This document shows, piece by piece, positions 28,616 to 45,440 of a stretch of 64,000 nucleotides of DNA. Source of the DNA: the human T2T-CHM13v2.0 reference genome, Homo sapiens; assembly GCF_009914755.1 (NCBI RefSeq), contig NC_060928.1. One strand, given 5' to 3'. Numbering within the stretch: the first letter of the stretch is position 1; the number at the start of each line of letters is the position of its first letter. The position numbers and the translations under genes were made by a program. Under the pieces are notes generated by a model. That model did not search any database. It worked only from the letters and a program-made list of their open reading frames with translations, and had not been told where the DNA came from.

Positions 28616-30848
28616 TAAAATGGTTTGGCTGTGTCCTCACCCAAATCTCATCTTGAATTACAGTTCCCATAATCCCCATGTGTTGTAGGAGGGACCTGTT
28701 GGGAGGTAATTGAATCATCGTGGTGGTTATCTCCATGCTGTTCTTGTGATAGTGAGTTCTCATGAGATCTGATGCTTTTATAAGGAGCTTCCCCCCTTTG
28801 TTCAGCACTCATTCTCTCTCGTCACCCTGTGAAGAGGTACCTTCTGCCATGATTGTAAGGTTCCTGAGGACTCCCCAGCCATGAGGAACTGCGAGTCAAT
28901 TAAACCTCTTTTCTTTATAAATAACCCAGTATCAGGTGTTTCTTCATAGAAGCGTGAGAATGGACTAATACACTAAGCAAGTACCTCAGAGAGTGAGGCA
29001 CTGCTGTAAATACCCTGAAAATGTTGAAGCAACATTGGAACTGGGTAACAGGCAGAGGTTGGAACAGTTTGGAAGGCTCAGAAGAAGACAGGAAAGTAAG
29101 ATAAAGTTTGGAACTTCCTAGAGATTTGTCGAATAGCTTTGACCAAAATGCTGATAACAATATGAACAATGAAGTCCAGGCTGAGGTGATCTCAGATGTT
29201 GATGAGGAACTTGTTGGGAACTGGAATAAAGGGGATTCTTGCTATGCTTTAGCAAAGAGACTGGGCCCTGCCCTAGAGAGCTGTGGAACTTTGAACTTGA
29301 GAGAGATGATTTAGGGTATCTGGTGGAAGAAATTTCTAAGTGGCAAAGCATTCAAGAGGAAGCGAAGCATGAAAATTTGGAAAATTTGCAGCCCGATGAT
29401 GCAGTAGAAAAGAAAAACCCATATTCTGGGGAGAAATTCAAGCCTGCTGCAGAAATTTGCATAAGTAACAAGGAGCAGAATGTTAATCACCAAGACAATG
29501 GGGAAAACATCTTCAGGGCACGTCAGAGACCTTCATGGTAGCCCCTCCCATCACAGGCCTGGAGGCCTAGGAGGAAAAAATGGATTCATGCACCAGGTCC
29601 AGGGTCCCCCCTGCTGTGTGCAGCTTGGGATTTGGTGCCCCGTGCCTCAGGCTACTCCAGCTGTGGATAAAAGGGGCCAACATATAGCTCTGACTGTTGT
29701 TTCAGAGGGTGCAAGCCCCAAGCCTTGGTGGCTTTCATGTGGTGTTGGGCCTGTTGGCACACAGAAATCAAGAATTGAAGTTTGAGAACCTCCGCCTATA
29801 ATTCAGAGGATGTATGGAAATGTCTGGATGTCCAGGCAAAAGTTTGATGCAGGGGCAGAGCCTTCATGGAGAACCTCTTCTAGGACAGTGTGGAAGGGAA
29901 ATGTGGGGTTGTAGCCACCCCCCCACAGTCCCTACTGTGGCACTGCCTAGTGAGAAGAGGGCCAGCATCCCCTAGACCCCAGAATGGTAAATTCACCACA
30001 TCTTGCATCATGTACTTGAAAAAGCCACAGACACTGAATACCAACTGTGAAAGCAGATGTGAGGGGGGCTGTACCCTGAAAAGCTACAGGGGTGGAGCTC
30101 CCCAAGGCCATGGGAGCCCACCTCTTGCGTCAGCATGACCTGCATGTGAGACATGGAGTCAAAGGAGATAATTTTGGAACTTTAAGCTTAATGACTGCCC
30201 TATTGGATTTCAGAATTTCGTGGGGCCTGTAGCCTCTATGTTTTGGTCAAAGTCTCCCATTTGGAAGGGGTATATTTACCCAATGCCTGTACCCCCATTG
30301 TATCTAGGAAGTACCTAACTTACTTTTGATTATACAGGCTCATAAACAGAAGGGACTTGCCTTGTCTCATATGAGACTTTGGACTTGGACTTTTGGGTTA
30401 ATGCTGGAATGAGTTAAGACTTTGGAGGACTGTTGGAAGGGTAAAATGTGAGGACATGAGATTTGGGAGGGGCAGGGCCATAATAATATGGTTTGGCTCT
30501 GTGTTCCCACCCAAATCTCATCTCGAATTGTAGTTCTCATAATTCCTACGTGTCATAGAAGGGACCTGGTGAAAGGTAATTGAATCATGAGGGTGGTTAC
30601 CCCCATGCTGCTCTCATGATACTGAGTGAGTTCTCACAAAATCTGACTGTTTTATAAGGTGATTTTCCCCCTTTGCTCAGCACTCATTCTCTCTCCTGCC
30701 ACCCTGTAATGAGATGCCTTCTACCATGATTTTAAGTTTCCTGAGGCCTCCCCAGCCATGTGGAACTGTGAGTCAATTAAACCTCTTTTCTTTATAAATT
30801 ACCCAGTCTTGGGTATTTCTCCACAGAGTGTGAGAATGACTTAGTACC
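28616..30848 (+). mobile_element. Full-length THE1 (THE1C-like) MaLR provirus
   Basis: 5' LTR 28616-28972, internal ~1.5 kb, purine-rich tract before 3' LTR 30484-30848; near-TSD ccatc/tcatc. Confidence 0.93.
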
Positions 30849-30868
30849 TCATCTTTCAAGAGAGATGC

Positions 30869-31080
30869 AGTATTTTTCAAATTACAGGTCACCAACAAGT
30901 AAGTGAAAATGAAGTAGACCAGAATAGAAATATTGTCATACTTCATGTACAGCAGAGGTAAGTAGTGCTTTATGAAACTTTATGTTATGGTGTCCGTATA
31001 TGCATGTGTGTGTATTTGGATACCAATGTAAGATTATTGCTTATTCTGGGTCATGGTCAAAAGTGTTTGAGGAGCACTAC
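30869..31080. mobile_element. Probable old hAT-Charlie MITE
   Basis: Charlie-like imperfect termini cagtatttttcaaa ... tttgaggagcacta. Confidence 0.4.
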
Positions 31081-33452
31081 TCAGTAGGGCACAATTAATT
31101 CAAATTATTTAATCTGGTTAAAAGAATTATAAATATCATAAAGGTTTTAGCTAAAGATCAATGCAGTCTCTTATGATTCTGAGTGGTTTTGGAAAATATC
31201 CAATATTGATTAAATAGTAGTTGAGACTATGAAATGGTTGATATCACATGGTTGGTCCCATGGAATTCCTTTCAGCTTCCAGGCCAAAAAATATTATGAT
31301 ATTATTTTCAGTAGCAACCACTGCTACATAAATCATAAATTTTTCAAAATAGAGGTACAAAGTAATGAGTAATTGTTATATTTAATCAAAATCGAGGTAG
31401 TATGCCCAGTTTATAATTTTCTGCAGAAATGATCTTTTCTATACCCATAAATAACCAGTTGATATCACCTAACTTCCATACACTTCATATATTCTTGATT
31501 TCAGTGACATAATATAAATTTATTTTAGTCCCCAAAGTGTGCATTTTTACCAGTACAAACTCCTAAAAGTGTCATTTCAAACATAATGATAACATTACTA
31601 CCATAATATTATATTGTAACATAATATTATACTAGGTTCATAGCTCTGAGCTATCAGCTACATTCATACTTCAAAAGATTATGAAATCAACTCAGTAAAT
31701 AGAAGAGTAAATGTCAGGCGGTTTCTTTTATCACCATTTCCTGCAGAAATATGTATAGTGCCTATTCACCATTTTCTTAGTTCTTATTTTCTAAAGCAAA
31801 GAAAGGACATGATTTTTTAAAAATAAAGAGTCTAATTTATTAAAAGCAACTGCAAATTTCTATGCATTCATCTTGCTTATTAGAAAAACATGGGGATTTT
31901 GCAAATAAAGAAACTTTTATGTGGATATTTCTTCTGCTTTGCCATATAAGATTTAGATAGAGTAGTAGAAATGCTATCCGTGGCCAAGTTGAGAGGTCTG
32001 GTAATCACTGCTTGGAACTTTGTATTTATATTTATAGCTAAGATTTCATCACTGAATTTTACCCTTATACTACTAAAACAATAATCAAATGCCCAGAATG
32101 TGTGGACCAGAATTAAACAGGATTAAACAATTTTTGAATGCTTAGATCTGCCCCAGGGTTTCTGACATTCAGAAAGTTTCCTCAGGACCTTACTTAGGAT
32201 GACTTTGGGATAAATCTGTGACTCTGTCTCATTTTGTATAGATTTGGAGGTAATATTTACAATGGGACATTTATAATCAAACTGAAACCAGACAGGCTAT
32301 CTAAAATTCAGTTCAATCATGGATTTGCTCCTATTTTTCTCTTTTATGTAAGAAGCCAAGGCATTTATCTGACATCCATTCAGCAAATATATGTATTAAC
32401 ATTTATCAAGAGCCTATTTGCCAGGTACATCTGCAAATTCAAGTATTTCTCTTATTACCAGCAAAAACATCTAAATTATTTTGTTTTAATCTGTTCTCTG
32501 TTTCTTCCCTTTCCTATTTCCCCTTCTTCTCTAGAATTTTTTTCTTTTCTTATATTTTTCCTTGACAGTGGATGGTTTTAAAGTTACTGACTTAAGCTTA
32601 TGCTAATGGAGTTCATGTGAAAAGTGTTGGCATTAATCTGCTAATCTATGTAACAATGTTGCGATTTCCTATCTTGATTTTTTTTCACTCCATATAAACA
32701 ATTTATATGGAAGCTACAAAGGATGACTGAGGAAATATAATATCATATATAATATCATGATATGCTTTCCTGTTTAGATGTAATATTATTAGCCATTTTC
32801 ATTCAAAAGTAAACTTTTTTTCTGTAACTTATCAGCAAGGATGATGTGAAAATGTTTTAGAAACTCAACTGCTTTTTTTCTTAACAAAATTTATGTATAT
32901 TTTATACTTGAAAGTATTATAAATTTTGAAAACCCATAATATTAAAAATAAAATGAACATTAACAAATTCTTATTTCTTTCTATATTTTTCTGTATAATG
33001 TGTTTTTACAGTTTAAAATATAATTTTTATCTTATTTTTACACTTAGATTATGATAGTTATAATAAAAGGGGAAATGTGATTGAGACATCTTTGAAATAT
33101 ACATCATTATTTTATTTCTATTTCCCCAACTTATACTATTTTGATGATTTCAATAACTTTCTAAGCCACATGGTCCCTCTCCCTAGCTCCACAATCTTCT
33201 ACTTTACAAAAAAAACAGAAAGTGAAGGTTGAACTGGCTCAAAATTATGCAGGGAGCCAAGCTGACTCCCTCCCACTAATGTTTCCCAAACTGAAAAATT
33301 CTCACTGTCCTTATCTGCCTCCTGATTCCATAGATAATGTATATCTCTTCTAAAGTTATTTTTTTTTTTTTTTGCCTCCACCTATTTTCTAGAACTTCAG
33401 CCTCTCTTTTCTAGGGACTTTAAAAAACTGGTATAATGCTTTGTTAGTAATT

Positions 33453-33518
33453 GACCATAAACAGCATCTAAATGTTTCATCTGTAGACCATAAACACCTT
33501 CTAAATGTTTCATTTGTA
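33453..33518. repeat. 33-bp tandem duplication
   Basis: gaccataaacagcatctaaatgtttcatctgta / gaccataaacaccttctaaatgtttcatttgta. Confidence 0.9.
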
Positions 33519-35716
33519 ATTATAATCTTCAGGTATCTGAATGGCTTCAGTCCCTACCACTTCCTCACCTTTCCTAGTTTCTGGGTTCTGTGTTTATTTT
33601 AGTTGGAGACTCCAGGTATCATTTTGTTAAGAAGTTTAGCTCATGCCCATGTTCATAACATTTTCTGTCACTCTCACCCCCACTCCCGCCCCCAATCCAA
33701 GCAACTGCCCTAATTTTTCTCTTTAGCTTCAGAGTCAAGCTTTTTGAGAGTTTACTCTTATAAATTGTTTCATCTTGTTATTCCTGCACTTTATGTGTTG
33801 AACCATTTACAGTTCTGGAATGACCCAGGTTATCTCTTTTATCTTTAAGTCTAATCAGTTCTTATTCATTTTTAGAAAGATTCAGCTTGGATAAAACTAC
33901 CTCAAAAAAGTCACCCCTGGCATTACAGAAGTTAGTTTAGTGAGTGTGTCTGTCTCCACAATGCTGTCATAGTACAGCCTATAACACAGACATTTTAAAT
34001 GAGTAATTATTCATGGATTTCCACCAAGGCAGGAACTGTGATTTATTTAGAATTGAATCTTCTGCATTTTGTAAACTTCCTGCTATTTAATGCACAAAAC
34101 AATTATGCCAAAACAACAATAACCATATTTATGTCTTGAATATATTCACCTTCTTTCTCTACCCCAAGGTACAACTCAAATGATCTTTTCTCCAGACACT
34201 TGTTGGGAAAGGTGGTGGATGGAAGGAGTCTGAACTTCAGTTTCTTCATTTTCTAAATGAAGGATATAAAATGGTTTATATTTCTATTTCCATGTATACC
34301 CTCATCAGGGAAGATTTGGAAGGATGCTCAACAAAATATTGATCGTCTCTGTTTTGTATTTTCTATATTATTTCATTTTTTTCAAGAATCATATACTAGC
34401 TGTATAAAAGCACAAAAATGTAGGAAAAATTTTTAAATGGGTGAGTTTCATAACTGTAAGTTTGCTTCAAACTATAAAATTCTATAATCTTATGAATAAC
34501 AAGCCTTTCCTATTCATGCCTGTCTCTGGTAGTCTTTCTTCCTCTAAATCTCTGAAGAATATGTTGTCCTTATCTTTTTTATAATACCTTTGCATTTTTA
34601 CATAACTGGTTTATGTGTCTTCCCCAGAAGACTGTGGGTACATTTTCAATAGCCCAATCTATATAAAAAGCTTCTCTTTTCACAATAAGCTACTTAGTTT
34701 ATTTTCCTTCAAGCATAACCCAATACTAAATTAGACACACAGTAGATTAGTAACAATCTTGAGTAAGTCAGTTAAATTGACGTTCAATGTTATAATGTTT
34801 TAATAGTTTTTTATTGGAACAATGATCTCAGAATCAAGCCTAAAGTTTTGAAAATTGGAAAACCAATTGCACCAAATTATCTCTAAGTTTACTGATTATC
34901 AACCAGACCCCATTTGTAGTCACAGGATATGTAGGTCTGGAGAAATCTGGATTATATTAATATTGGTATATGTCCCCACAGAATTTATCTATTTATTTAT
35001 ATTAATTTTATTTTTATATTTTGGTAAGCACACAAAATTTGATCTACCATCTTCACCAACTTTAAGTGTAACATGCAGTATTATTGCAGTATTATTTAAA
35101 AGTCTCAGCTGATTATTTTTAAATACAATGATAAATATATCATTTCTACCTCAATCATTAATTTTTTATGTTATTTTTAGAAGACTTTTTCTAATGAATT
35201 TTTTACTACTCAATCCTTTCTCTTGTATTTCAGAGAAGGAAATATATATTTTTACTAGGCACAAAACACAGCTATAAAGGACCTATAAAGTACCTCTACC
35301 AATAGAATAACCTATTCTACAGAGTTATGTTCTTGACTTTAAAACATTTTTAAAAAATGATATTTACACCTAATTTTTATTTTTTAAAAATCCAAAATAA
35401 TGATAGAAGATAATTTATTATAAGGAATGAATATTTCCTAAAGTTGTAAAATACTCAGCCAAAACTAAAGTGAAAAAGGATCTAATTAAATTACAGAAAG
35501 ATAACATAATAAAATGAAATAATTTATTCTCAATCCAGTCACCTTTTTTTATAACAGGCCATAAAACAGATGTGTTAATTATATTTGATATTTTTTTCTA
35601 GAATTAGGAAATAATAACCTGTCTATCGGTATATCACGTTTATGTGAAAGGAGAAAATAAAAAATTTGATTTTTTTAATGGGTATTTCTGAACACTCTTT
35701 TGGTCTCCTAACTTTT

Positions 35717-35735
35717 TCAACACTAGAGGGCAATA
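35717..35735 (+). promoter_or_regulatory. Candidate CTCF site
   Basis: ACACTAGAGGGCAA versus core CCASYAGRKGGCRS. Confidence 0.45.
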
Positions 35736-37169
35736 TACTCTTGCTTTTATTGCAAAAATAGGCCAACAGCACCTGTTCTCCATTGACAGGTTACTAAACT
35801 AAAGAAAGTGTTAACTAGATAAGTCCAGGGAGTATAGGTAACTGGGCTCTCAGGATGAGCATCGTGCTGTTGACATCAGCGAAAGATCAGTGACTCAATG
35901 TTAAAATACTAATTTTGCCACAATTACACACCAAATACATTTTAATCAATTCTCTTCTTCACATTTGTAATGAACAGCCATTTTTATATTGCTTGTATGG
36001 TTCCCTGCTTCTGAAGTTTTATTTCTGTTTTTCAATATACATCTTTTTGTTACTGTTGTGCACAAAAGAAGAAAAAATAAAACATCACCTCTGTTTAATA
36101 TTCTGCTAATTTTTGTGAACTTTTAAGGTCTAAATCTTTTTCTGAAAGGAAGAGAGGTACAATATCTACAATTCATATATATCTAAAACAAATTTTGATA
36201 CATCTTGGTTTCAAATTAACATTTGTCCAGTATCATATTTATTTTATTTTAAGTATATACAATAATATGCATTTGTTTTGGCAAAATAAATTTGCTTTTT
36301 CATTTTATATTTCTCTGTTATGCAAACGTGTGTGTAATAATTTCATTTACAAGAAATGACAAAATTTCTAAATATTTGAATCTGCTCAAAGGATTAATCA
36401 TTTATTTTTTAAGAATCCAAAATCAACATAAAATGAACAATATGAACAACTTATATACAAAAGACAAATGTGTACACCATGGTTTAGATTATTTCTCCAT
36501 CTACTCTTCTTCTCAATTGTGAGGTAGAAAGAAAAAACACAAGAGCTATATTTGAAATAACTTAAAATTGTGGCTACAATTTCCACTTAGAATGGCATTA
36601 TAATTTATTTGTAAATTAGGCTTTCTGGATACCAACTTCTATTGTTCATAGTTATATTTTAAAGTTGTCGCATTATGTGGTTCCATTATAATTTATCATT
36701 TACATGAGAATTTGTGAAAATACATGTTCATATGCAGTTGTTTTGTAGCTGATTTGAAAGATAACGTATCATTAGGAGGTTGTGCTTGCAATGAAGTATA
36801 CTCAGATTAATCATTCTGAGTAAAATGCACATATATATAATAGATTTTATTTTTATTCATGTTTTGAAATCTTTTCCAAAGTTGCTTTCCCTAAATAAGT
36901 GATTAAAATTTGTTAAAGTATTTTTTGGTACTAACAAACCTTTGATAACTATCACTGAATTTGTCATAAATGAGTACTAAATAACACTATAATATAAGAT
37001 GCAAACTATATAACTGGAATGCAAACATCGAGATGATTACATGTAATTCAAAAAATAGTCCTTAATTAGGTTTAGTAACATTACTCTACTGAAGTTATGG
37101 TTAAGGGCATGTAAACACACACACAAATATCAGAAAAGTCCATTTTGAAAAGTAGCCATAGAGCAAATA

Positions 37170-37420
37170 TTGCACGACCAGCCTGGGCAATACTGGGATC
37201 TGGGAGTTCTTCAAGTGCCACTGCTATTGGTGCCCTTAAACTATGGATGTAGGTGAAGACCCCCAACCTAAAAGGAATTTTTTTTCTGCACCCACTTATT
37301 CCCTCATTCACTAGCTTCTGATTCAAAGTCAGCCAGAGGTATTTCAGAATAGCTGCTTTCAGTAGGCATGCCCATGACTTGGCTGTGAGGGAGGCTGGAG
37401 AACAATTATTTGATATCTGT
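37170..37420. mobile_element. Old MLT1-type LTR fragment
   Basis: cttctgattcaaagtc...ggctgtgagggaggctggag resembles MLT1J/K. Confidence 0.4.
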
Positions 37421-37439
37421 AAATGAGGGGGAAACTCAT

Positions 37440-39605
<2,166 letters not shown>

Positions 39606-39609
39606 CAGC

Positions 39610-40014
39610 CATTATAGGTTGAATTATTTCCCCTCTAAAATTAATATGTTGATTTTCTAACCCCCAGTATCTCAGAATGTGACCTTATTTGGAAATAGGA
39701 TTGTTGCAGGTGTAATTAGTTAAGGTGAGGTCATGCTGTAGTAGGGTAGGCCCCTAGTCTAATATGACTGCTGTCTTTATAAAAGGGAGAAATGTGACAG
39801 ACAAGCACACTGGGAGAATGCCACAAGCCAAGGAACTACCAGAAGCCAGAAGAGAGATCTGGAACAGATCCTTCCCTACCACTTTCAGAGGGAGCATGGC
39901 CCTGTTGTCACTTTGATCTAGTTCTAGCCCCCAGAACTGTGAGACAATACATTCCTGTTGTTTAAGGCACTCAGGTTTTAGTGCTTTATTATGGCAGCCC
40001 TAACAAACTAATAC
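39610..40014 (+). mobile_element. MLT1B-like solo LTR
   Basis: ctcagaatgtgaccttatttggaaatagg...ccagaactgtgagacaata...atggcagccctaacaaactaatac. Confidence 0.85.
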
Positions 40015-40369
40015 TTTATCTGTGGATTGCAAAGTTAGTTGAATTTTTAAAAATACATCAAGGCTCCCAACACAATGTCAGAGACAGCTGTCTACCAAGA
40101 ATTCCAGCCCTTCTTTGCATGTTCCCACCTCATTCAAATCTTACAGCATGATCACTGCTGTAGGTATTGGGCTCCTCAGGTCTTAACTCATCAAACAGGA
40201 GCCTCACAACTTCCTTCATTATGCCATTTATCCCCGGCCATATCAGTTACCAAAGACACTCAGCACTCCAAGGACTTTCCTTATCCACCTAGCTAATACT
40301 GTTTGTGATCCTATTCCCTACCCTCTCTTTTTCTTGAAACCTTTCAGTGTGCTTAGCAGAAATCATGGT

Positions 40370-43180
40370 CAATCATCAGAAAAAGTATTTCCTTACATGG
40401 TGAAATGATTCTCCAAAGGTTTTCTTCATCTTCCTAGCTCTAACTGAAATCTGGCTTTCCCCTTAGGACCTCAGAGCTCTCTGGTATATGTTTTCTCTCC
40501 CAGTTAGTCTACTATTGGGTCAGGAAATTGGTTAGATGTCCTTTTTATTTCTCATTGTCACTAATAGCCTATTTTTCTTTTCTACTCCCTAAAATCCTCT
40601 AACTTTTCATCTTATCAAACCATACCACCTGCCTCTTCTCCTTAAAGCAATTACCAACTAGTACCTGGGTTAAACTCCTTTAATCCTAGAAAATCTTATC
40701 TTTTAGAAAACTCTCATGCTTTTAAAAAAGTACTCATGAATAATTATTGGTAATAAAGATATCCATATGGATGATCCTTCCAACACTATAGAGGTTTTAT
40801 GCATCCTCTTAAATGTTTCTTCTTTCTCCCTACTATTGTTAACAGGCCCCATAGTCATATGCTAGGTCTTTTCATTATAATTAATCATTGTATAACAGTA
40901 AGCAATTAATAATATTTCATATATTGTGCTATCCAATCACAATCTTCTATTTCTTTTGCTCACTTCACCTGTTAATCCAACATCAACAATATTTCAAACC
41001 TCTAAAATCTTTAAGTCATTTATCCTTTAACTTTACACTCTCTCTCTCATGGCCTCACAATCCCCCTTACCCAGTTTAAATTCCATAATCATTTATTATA
41101 TTAATTCTATTTTATATACTCTCAAATCATTTTACACTCTTTTATTTCATGATGTACATTTTTTAAAACAAAACTGACTAAATCCCACTGTCCACCAAAT
41201 CTACACTTGCAATTCTGATAATGGATAGAACATTACTCAACTGACTTAAATTCATGATCAGTAGACCCAAATGAGCTTTTAATTCTGTGATAAGTCTTGC
41301 TATCTCTTTTTAGTTCATTAACTATCTTTTCTCCTAGATGACTGTTTCATATTTTTCTCTATCTTCAAACTTCTAACATTTCTTTCCTTTTCATTGTTCT
41401 CATCTGATAATCTTGCTTTCTATTTCATAGAGAGCACAGTAGCAAGCAGACAAGGATTTTCATAAGCACTCAAACACTTATTCCCTATGTGAGTGTATGT
41501 TCTCTTTAGGATGAGTTATCCATTCTAGCTAAGGACACCCTCCTTAGCTAGAACAAGTGTTCACCAGTTCTAATGCATTATCACTTACTCACTGAAGATA
41601 TTGCTTCAGTAATACTTTTCACACTCCCATGTAGCAATAATATTTTCCTTCTCGACTAAAATATCCATTCTAACACAGGCATTCTGTTCTTTTTTATCAT
41701 GATTCACTTACTTCACAATCTATCGCTATATTTTGTTCCTGTCTACAGCAAAACTGTTTGAAATGCTAAGTCCAATTTTTCTAGGACCTACTCCAATCAG
41801 GCTTACCATCACAACTTCATTGAAATTTATTTTATAAATGTCACCAATAAACTTCACGTTGTAAAATCCATTTATCAATTTTTGCTCCTCATCTTATCTT
41901 ACTTTACCTATAAGCGGCATTTTATACCCCTGATCATCCCCTCAACCGCACAGAAACTATCTTTAGTAAGCTTCTAGGAAATCGTATATTTCAGTTTCTT
42001 TATGACTTAGTCACAATTTATGTTTTTTCTTAATCCTTACCTTCTAAATGTGAAGTTCCCCAGGGCCTATTCTTTACTCTTCTACTCTTTTCTATTTATA
42101 TTCACTTCCTTGGGATATCTTACAATGTTCTAGTTTTAAGTACTATTGATAAAGTTGACTTCAAAGTTTACGCTTCCAGCTAAATCTATTACCAACTCCT
42201 GTTTGTATATCTAACCACATATGTGATATTTTCACTTGGAAATCTAATGGGCATTTCCAACTTAAATGAGACCAAACCTGATTATCTGATATTTTCCTTT
42301 ATCCTAAACTTATTCTTCCCACTGTTTCTCCATATAAGTAAATGATGCTTAATTTTTAAATTTGTTTAGGAACTCTCTTTCTCTCTATCTCTATTGGGGC
42401 TGGCCATTGACTCCTCTCTTTCTTTCCCGTCAGACATACCAGGCATCCCATCCATTGGCTCTACCCATAAAATATATCTTGAATCTGAACATATCTTAAC
42501 AATTCCCATGGCTATCACCTCTGCACAAATTAGCATTATTTCTCCACTGGACTATTGAAATTTCTTTCTAATTGATCTCTGCCTAAGCCCTTGCTCCACA
42601 TCATTTTTTTCCCAATACATTGACCAGGGTCCTCATTTTACAATGTAATTAAGGTTATGTCTCTCCTCTGATCAACTCCCCACCACCAAAATCGGCCCTA
42701 ATTTTACTTAGAGTAACAGCCAAATTCACAGAGTGGTCCACACAGTTCTACCAAGTATTCTACTACATCTTCCCTACTGGGCCTCTCTATATTCTCCAAA
42801 CATGCTGTGTTCTTTACATATGTACTTCTAGGCTTCTGGACTTCTTGTTTCTTCTTGCCTAGAATACTTGTGAACCAGATATAAACATGGCAGATGTCCT
42901 CATTTCTTTTAATCTTTTATTCAAATGTAATATCCTCAGTATAGTTGTTTCCGGTTTCCGGGTGCAAAATTGCAAGCTCCCTCCTTACACTTCCTAAACC
43001 CTGCTTGGTTGTGTGTGTAATACTAACAATCTATTACACCATATACATAATATTACATTTCTTCTTGTCTATCACTCCAATTAAAATGCAAACTCTTTGA
43101 AGCTGGAATATTATTCTGTTCTGTACCTTTTATTCCTAGTTCCTATATCTCTCTTTACAAACGAGTAGCAAGAAATTGGA
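40370..43180 (+). mobile_element. Long L2 (L2a-like) covering degenerate EN and RT domains through the 3' end
   Basis: LALTEIWL (~40435), LQSG...VTN (~41790-41850), VPQG...LLFSIY (~42055), L2 3' region ~42950-43180. Confidence 0.75.
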
Positions 43181-43479
43181 TTGAAAAGGTAGGTAGGTAA
43201 TAGAAGATAAAAAGGTCTTACTCAAATTCTAGAGAGTTTAAATTTGTTTAAAATTGGACAACTATTGAAATACTTCGATGTGAAGACTGACATGGTAAAC
43301 ATTTCCTTTTAGAAAGTTACCTTTTGAGGAACTAAGAGGGTGGATTAAAGCCAGCAGGTAGGAGACCAGTTAATAATTAGTTACAATAGTCCAGAGGAAG
43401 ACTTAAAAATGAAAATATGGATTAAAAAGAACACGCAAAGTATATTTGGAAAGCAAAAGACTCACAGTCACCAATTCAA

Positions 43480-45440
43480 TATTAAAGGAGAATAACAAAG
43501 TTGGAGGATAGATACTAACAAACTTCAAGATTCAAGGTTTATTATAAAGCTATAGTAATCAAGACACCGTGGTGTAAATGAAAGAACAGACCAGAATAGT
43601 GATCCCAAAAATAAACTCACAAAAATATTGTCGATTAATGTTTTCCTTTTCTTTTTTATTTTTTAATCAGGTTCCCCCTCTGTCACCCAGGCTGGAGTGC
43701 AGTGGCATGATCACAGCATGGCTAACTGCAGCTTAGCCCTCCTGGGATCAAGTGATCTTCCCACCGCAGCCTTCTGCATAGCTAGGACCACAAGCATGTG
43801 CCACCACACCTTGCTAATTTTTTTTATATACATATTTTGTAGAGACAGTGGTCTCACTATGTTACCTAGGCTGGTCTTGAATTCCTGGGCTCAAGCAGTC
43901 CTTCCACATTGGCGTCCCAAAATGATGGGATTACAGGCATGAGCCACCATGCCCAGATGTCAAGTATCTTTGACAAAAGAACAAAGGTAATGCAATGCAG
44001 AAAGGATAGCCTTTTCAATAAACCCTGCTGGTACAACAGAACATCCACATGCAGAAACAGTGATTTACACACAGACTTTACAACCTTTTTAATAATTAAC
44101 TCAAGTGAATTTTAGACTATTTGTAGATATAAATTTATTGAAATGTAAATGTAAAATACATAACTATAAGACTCTTAGAAGATCATATAGGAGAAGATCT
44201 AGATGACCTTGATTTTTTTTTACTTAACACAAAAGGAACAATCCAAAAAAGAAAGAATTGATACGTTTAACATTATTAAAGTAATAAACTTTTGCTCGGT
44301 GGCAGACACTCTGAAGAGAAAGATGACAGGCTACAAACTGGGAGAAAATATTTGCAATAGCCGTATCTGATAAAGAACTGTTTTCCAAAATATACAAAGA
44401 ACTCTTAAAATTCCATAGTAGAAAAACAACCCAATTCAAAAATGGGAAATAAAAACCTAAATAGATACCTCCTTAATGAAAAAATACAAATGGCCATTTA
44501 GGATATGAGAAGATGGTACACATCATATGGTACTGGGGAGTTGCGAATTAAAGTATCAATGAGATGCCAGTACACACCTTTTAGAATGGGTAAAATCTAA
44601 AACAATGACAACACTAAATGCTGGGGAGGACATAGAGCAACAAGTGCTCTCATTCATTGCTGGTAGGAATGAAAAATGATACAGCCACTTTGCAAGACAA
44701 TTTGGCAGTTTCTTACAAAGCTAAACATAGTCATATTATCCAGCAATCATGATCCTTGGTATTTACTCAATGAGTTAAAAAATTTACATTCACACAAAAA
44801 TTTGCACACAGATGTTTTATTGCAGCTTTATTTATAGATGCCAAGGCTTGGAAGCTACCAAACTGTCCATCAAAAAGTGAATGAATAAATAAGCTTTGGT
44901 ACATCTGTACGGTGAAATATCATTCAGCTCTAAAAATAAATGATCTATCAAGCCACAGAAATACATGGATGAACATAAAATGCATATTAGTAAGTGAAAT
45001 AATCTAATCAGAAAAGGTTATATACTATATAATTCCATTTATATGAAATTCTGGAAAAGGCAAAACTATAGAGTGAGTGAAAGGATCGGTGGTTATCACA
45101 GGTTTGGGAGCAGGGAGAGAGGGATGAATAGGTGGAACACAGGTGATATTTAGGGTAGTGAAATTTTTCTATTTAATACTATGAAAATTAATACATAATT
45201 AAAAAGTAATGACAATACAACATTTGTTGAAACCCATAGGATATAAAACACCAAGTGTGTGCCCTGATGTAATCTATGGACTTGGGGTGATAATGACCTG
45301 TCAGTACTGGTTTCTTGATTGTAGGAGATGGTGGTGGGAAAAGTTGTACACAGAGAAATATGGAAAGTCTTTGTACTTTCTGTTCAATTTCTGCTGGGAA
45401 TCTTAAAGTGCTCTAAAAAGTTAAGTCTATTCAAAAAAAG
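43480..45440 (+). mobile_element. L1MC-like ORF2 end plus 3'UTR, interrupted by AluJ
   Basis: tataaagctatagtaatcaagaca, gggagaaaatatttgcaa, ctggaaaaggcaaaactata, ttaaagtgctctaaaaagttaagtctatt. Confidence 0.85.
43641..43956 (-). mobile_element. AluJ (minus)
   Basis: Reverse Alu with J-type tcctgggctcaagc. Confidence 0.9.

Noticed and set aside
29108-30138. Several 70-100 aa ORFs
   Set aside because: Broken remnants of the THE1 internal ORF, not genes.
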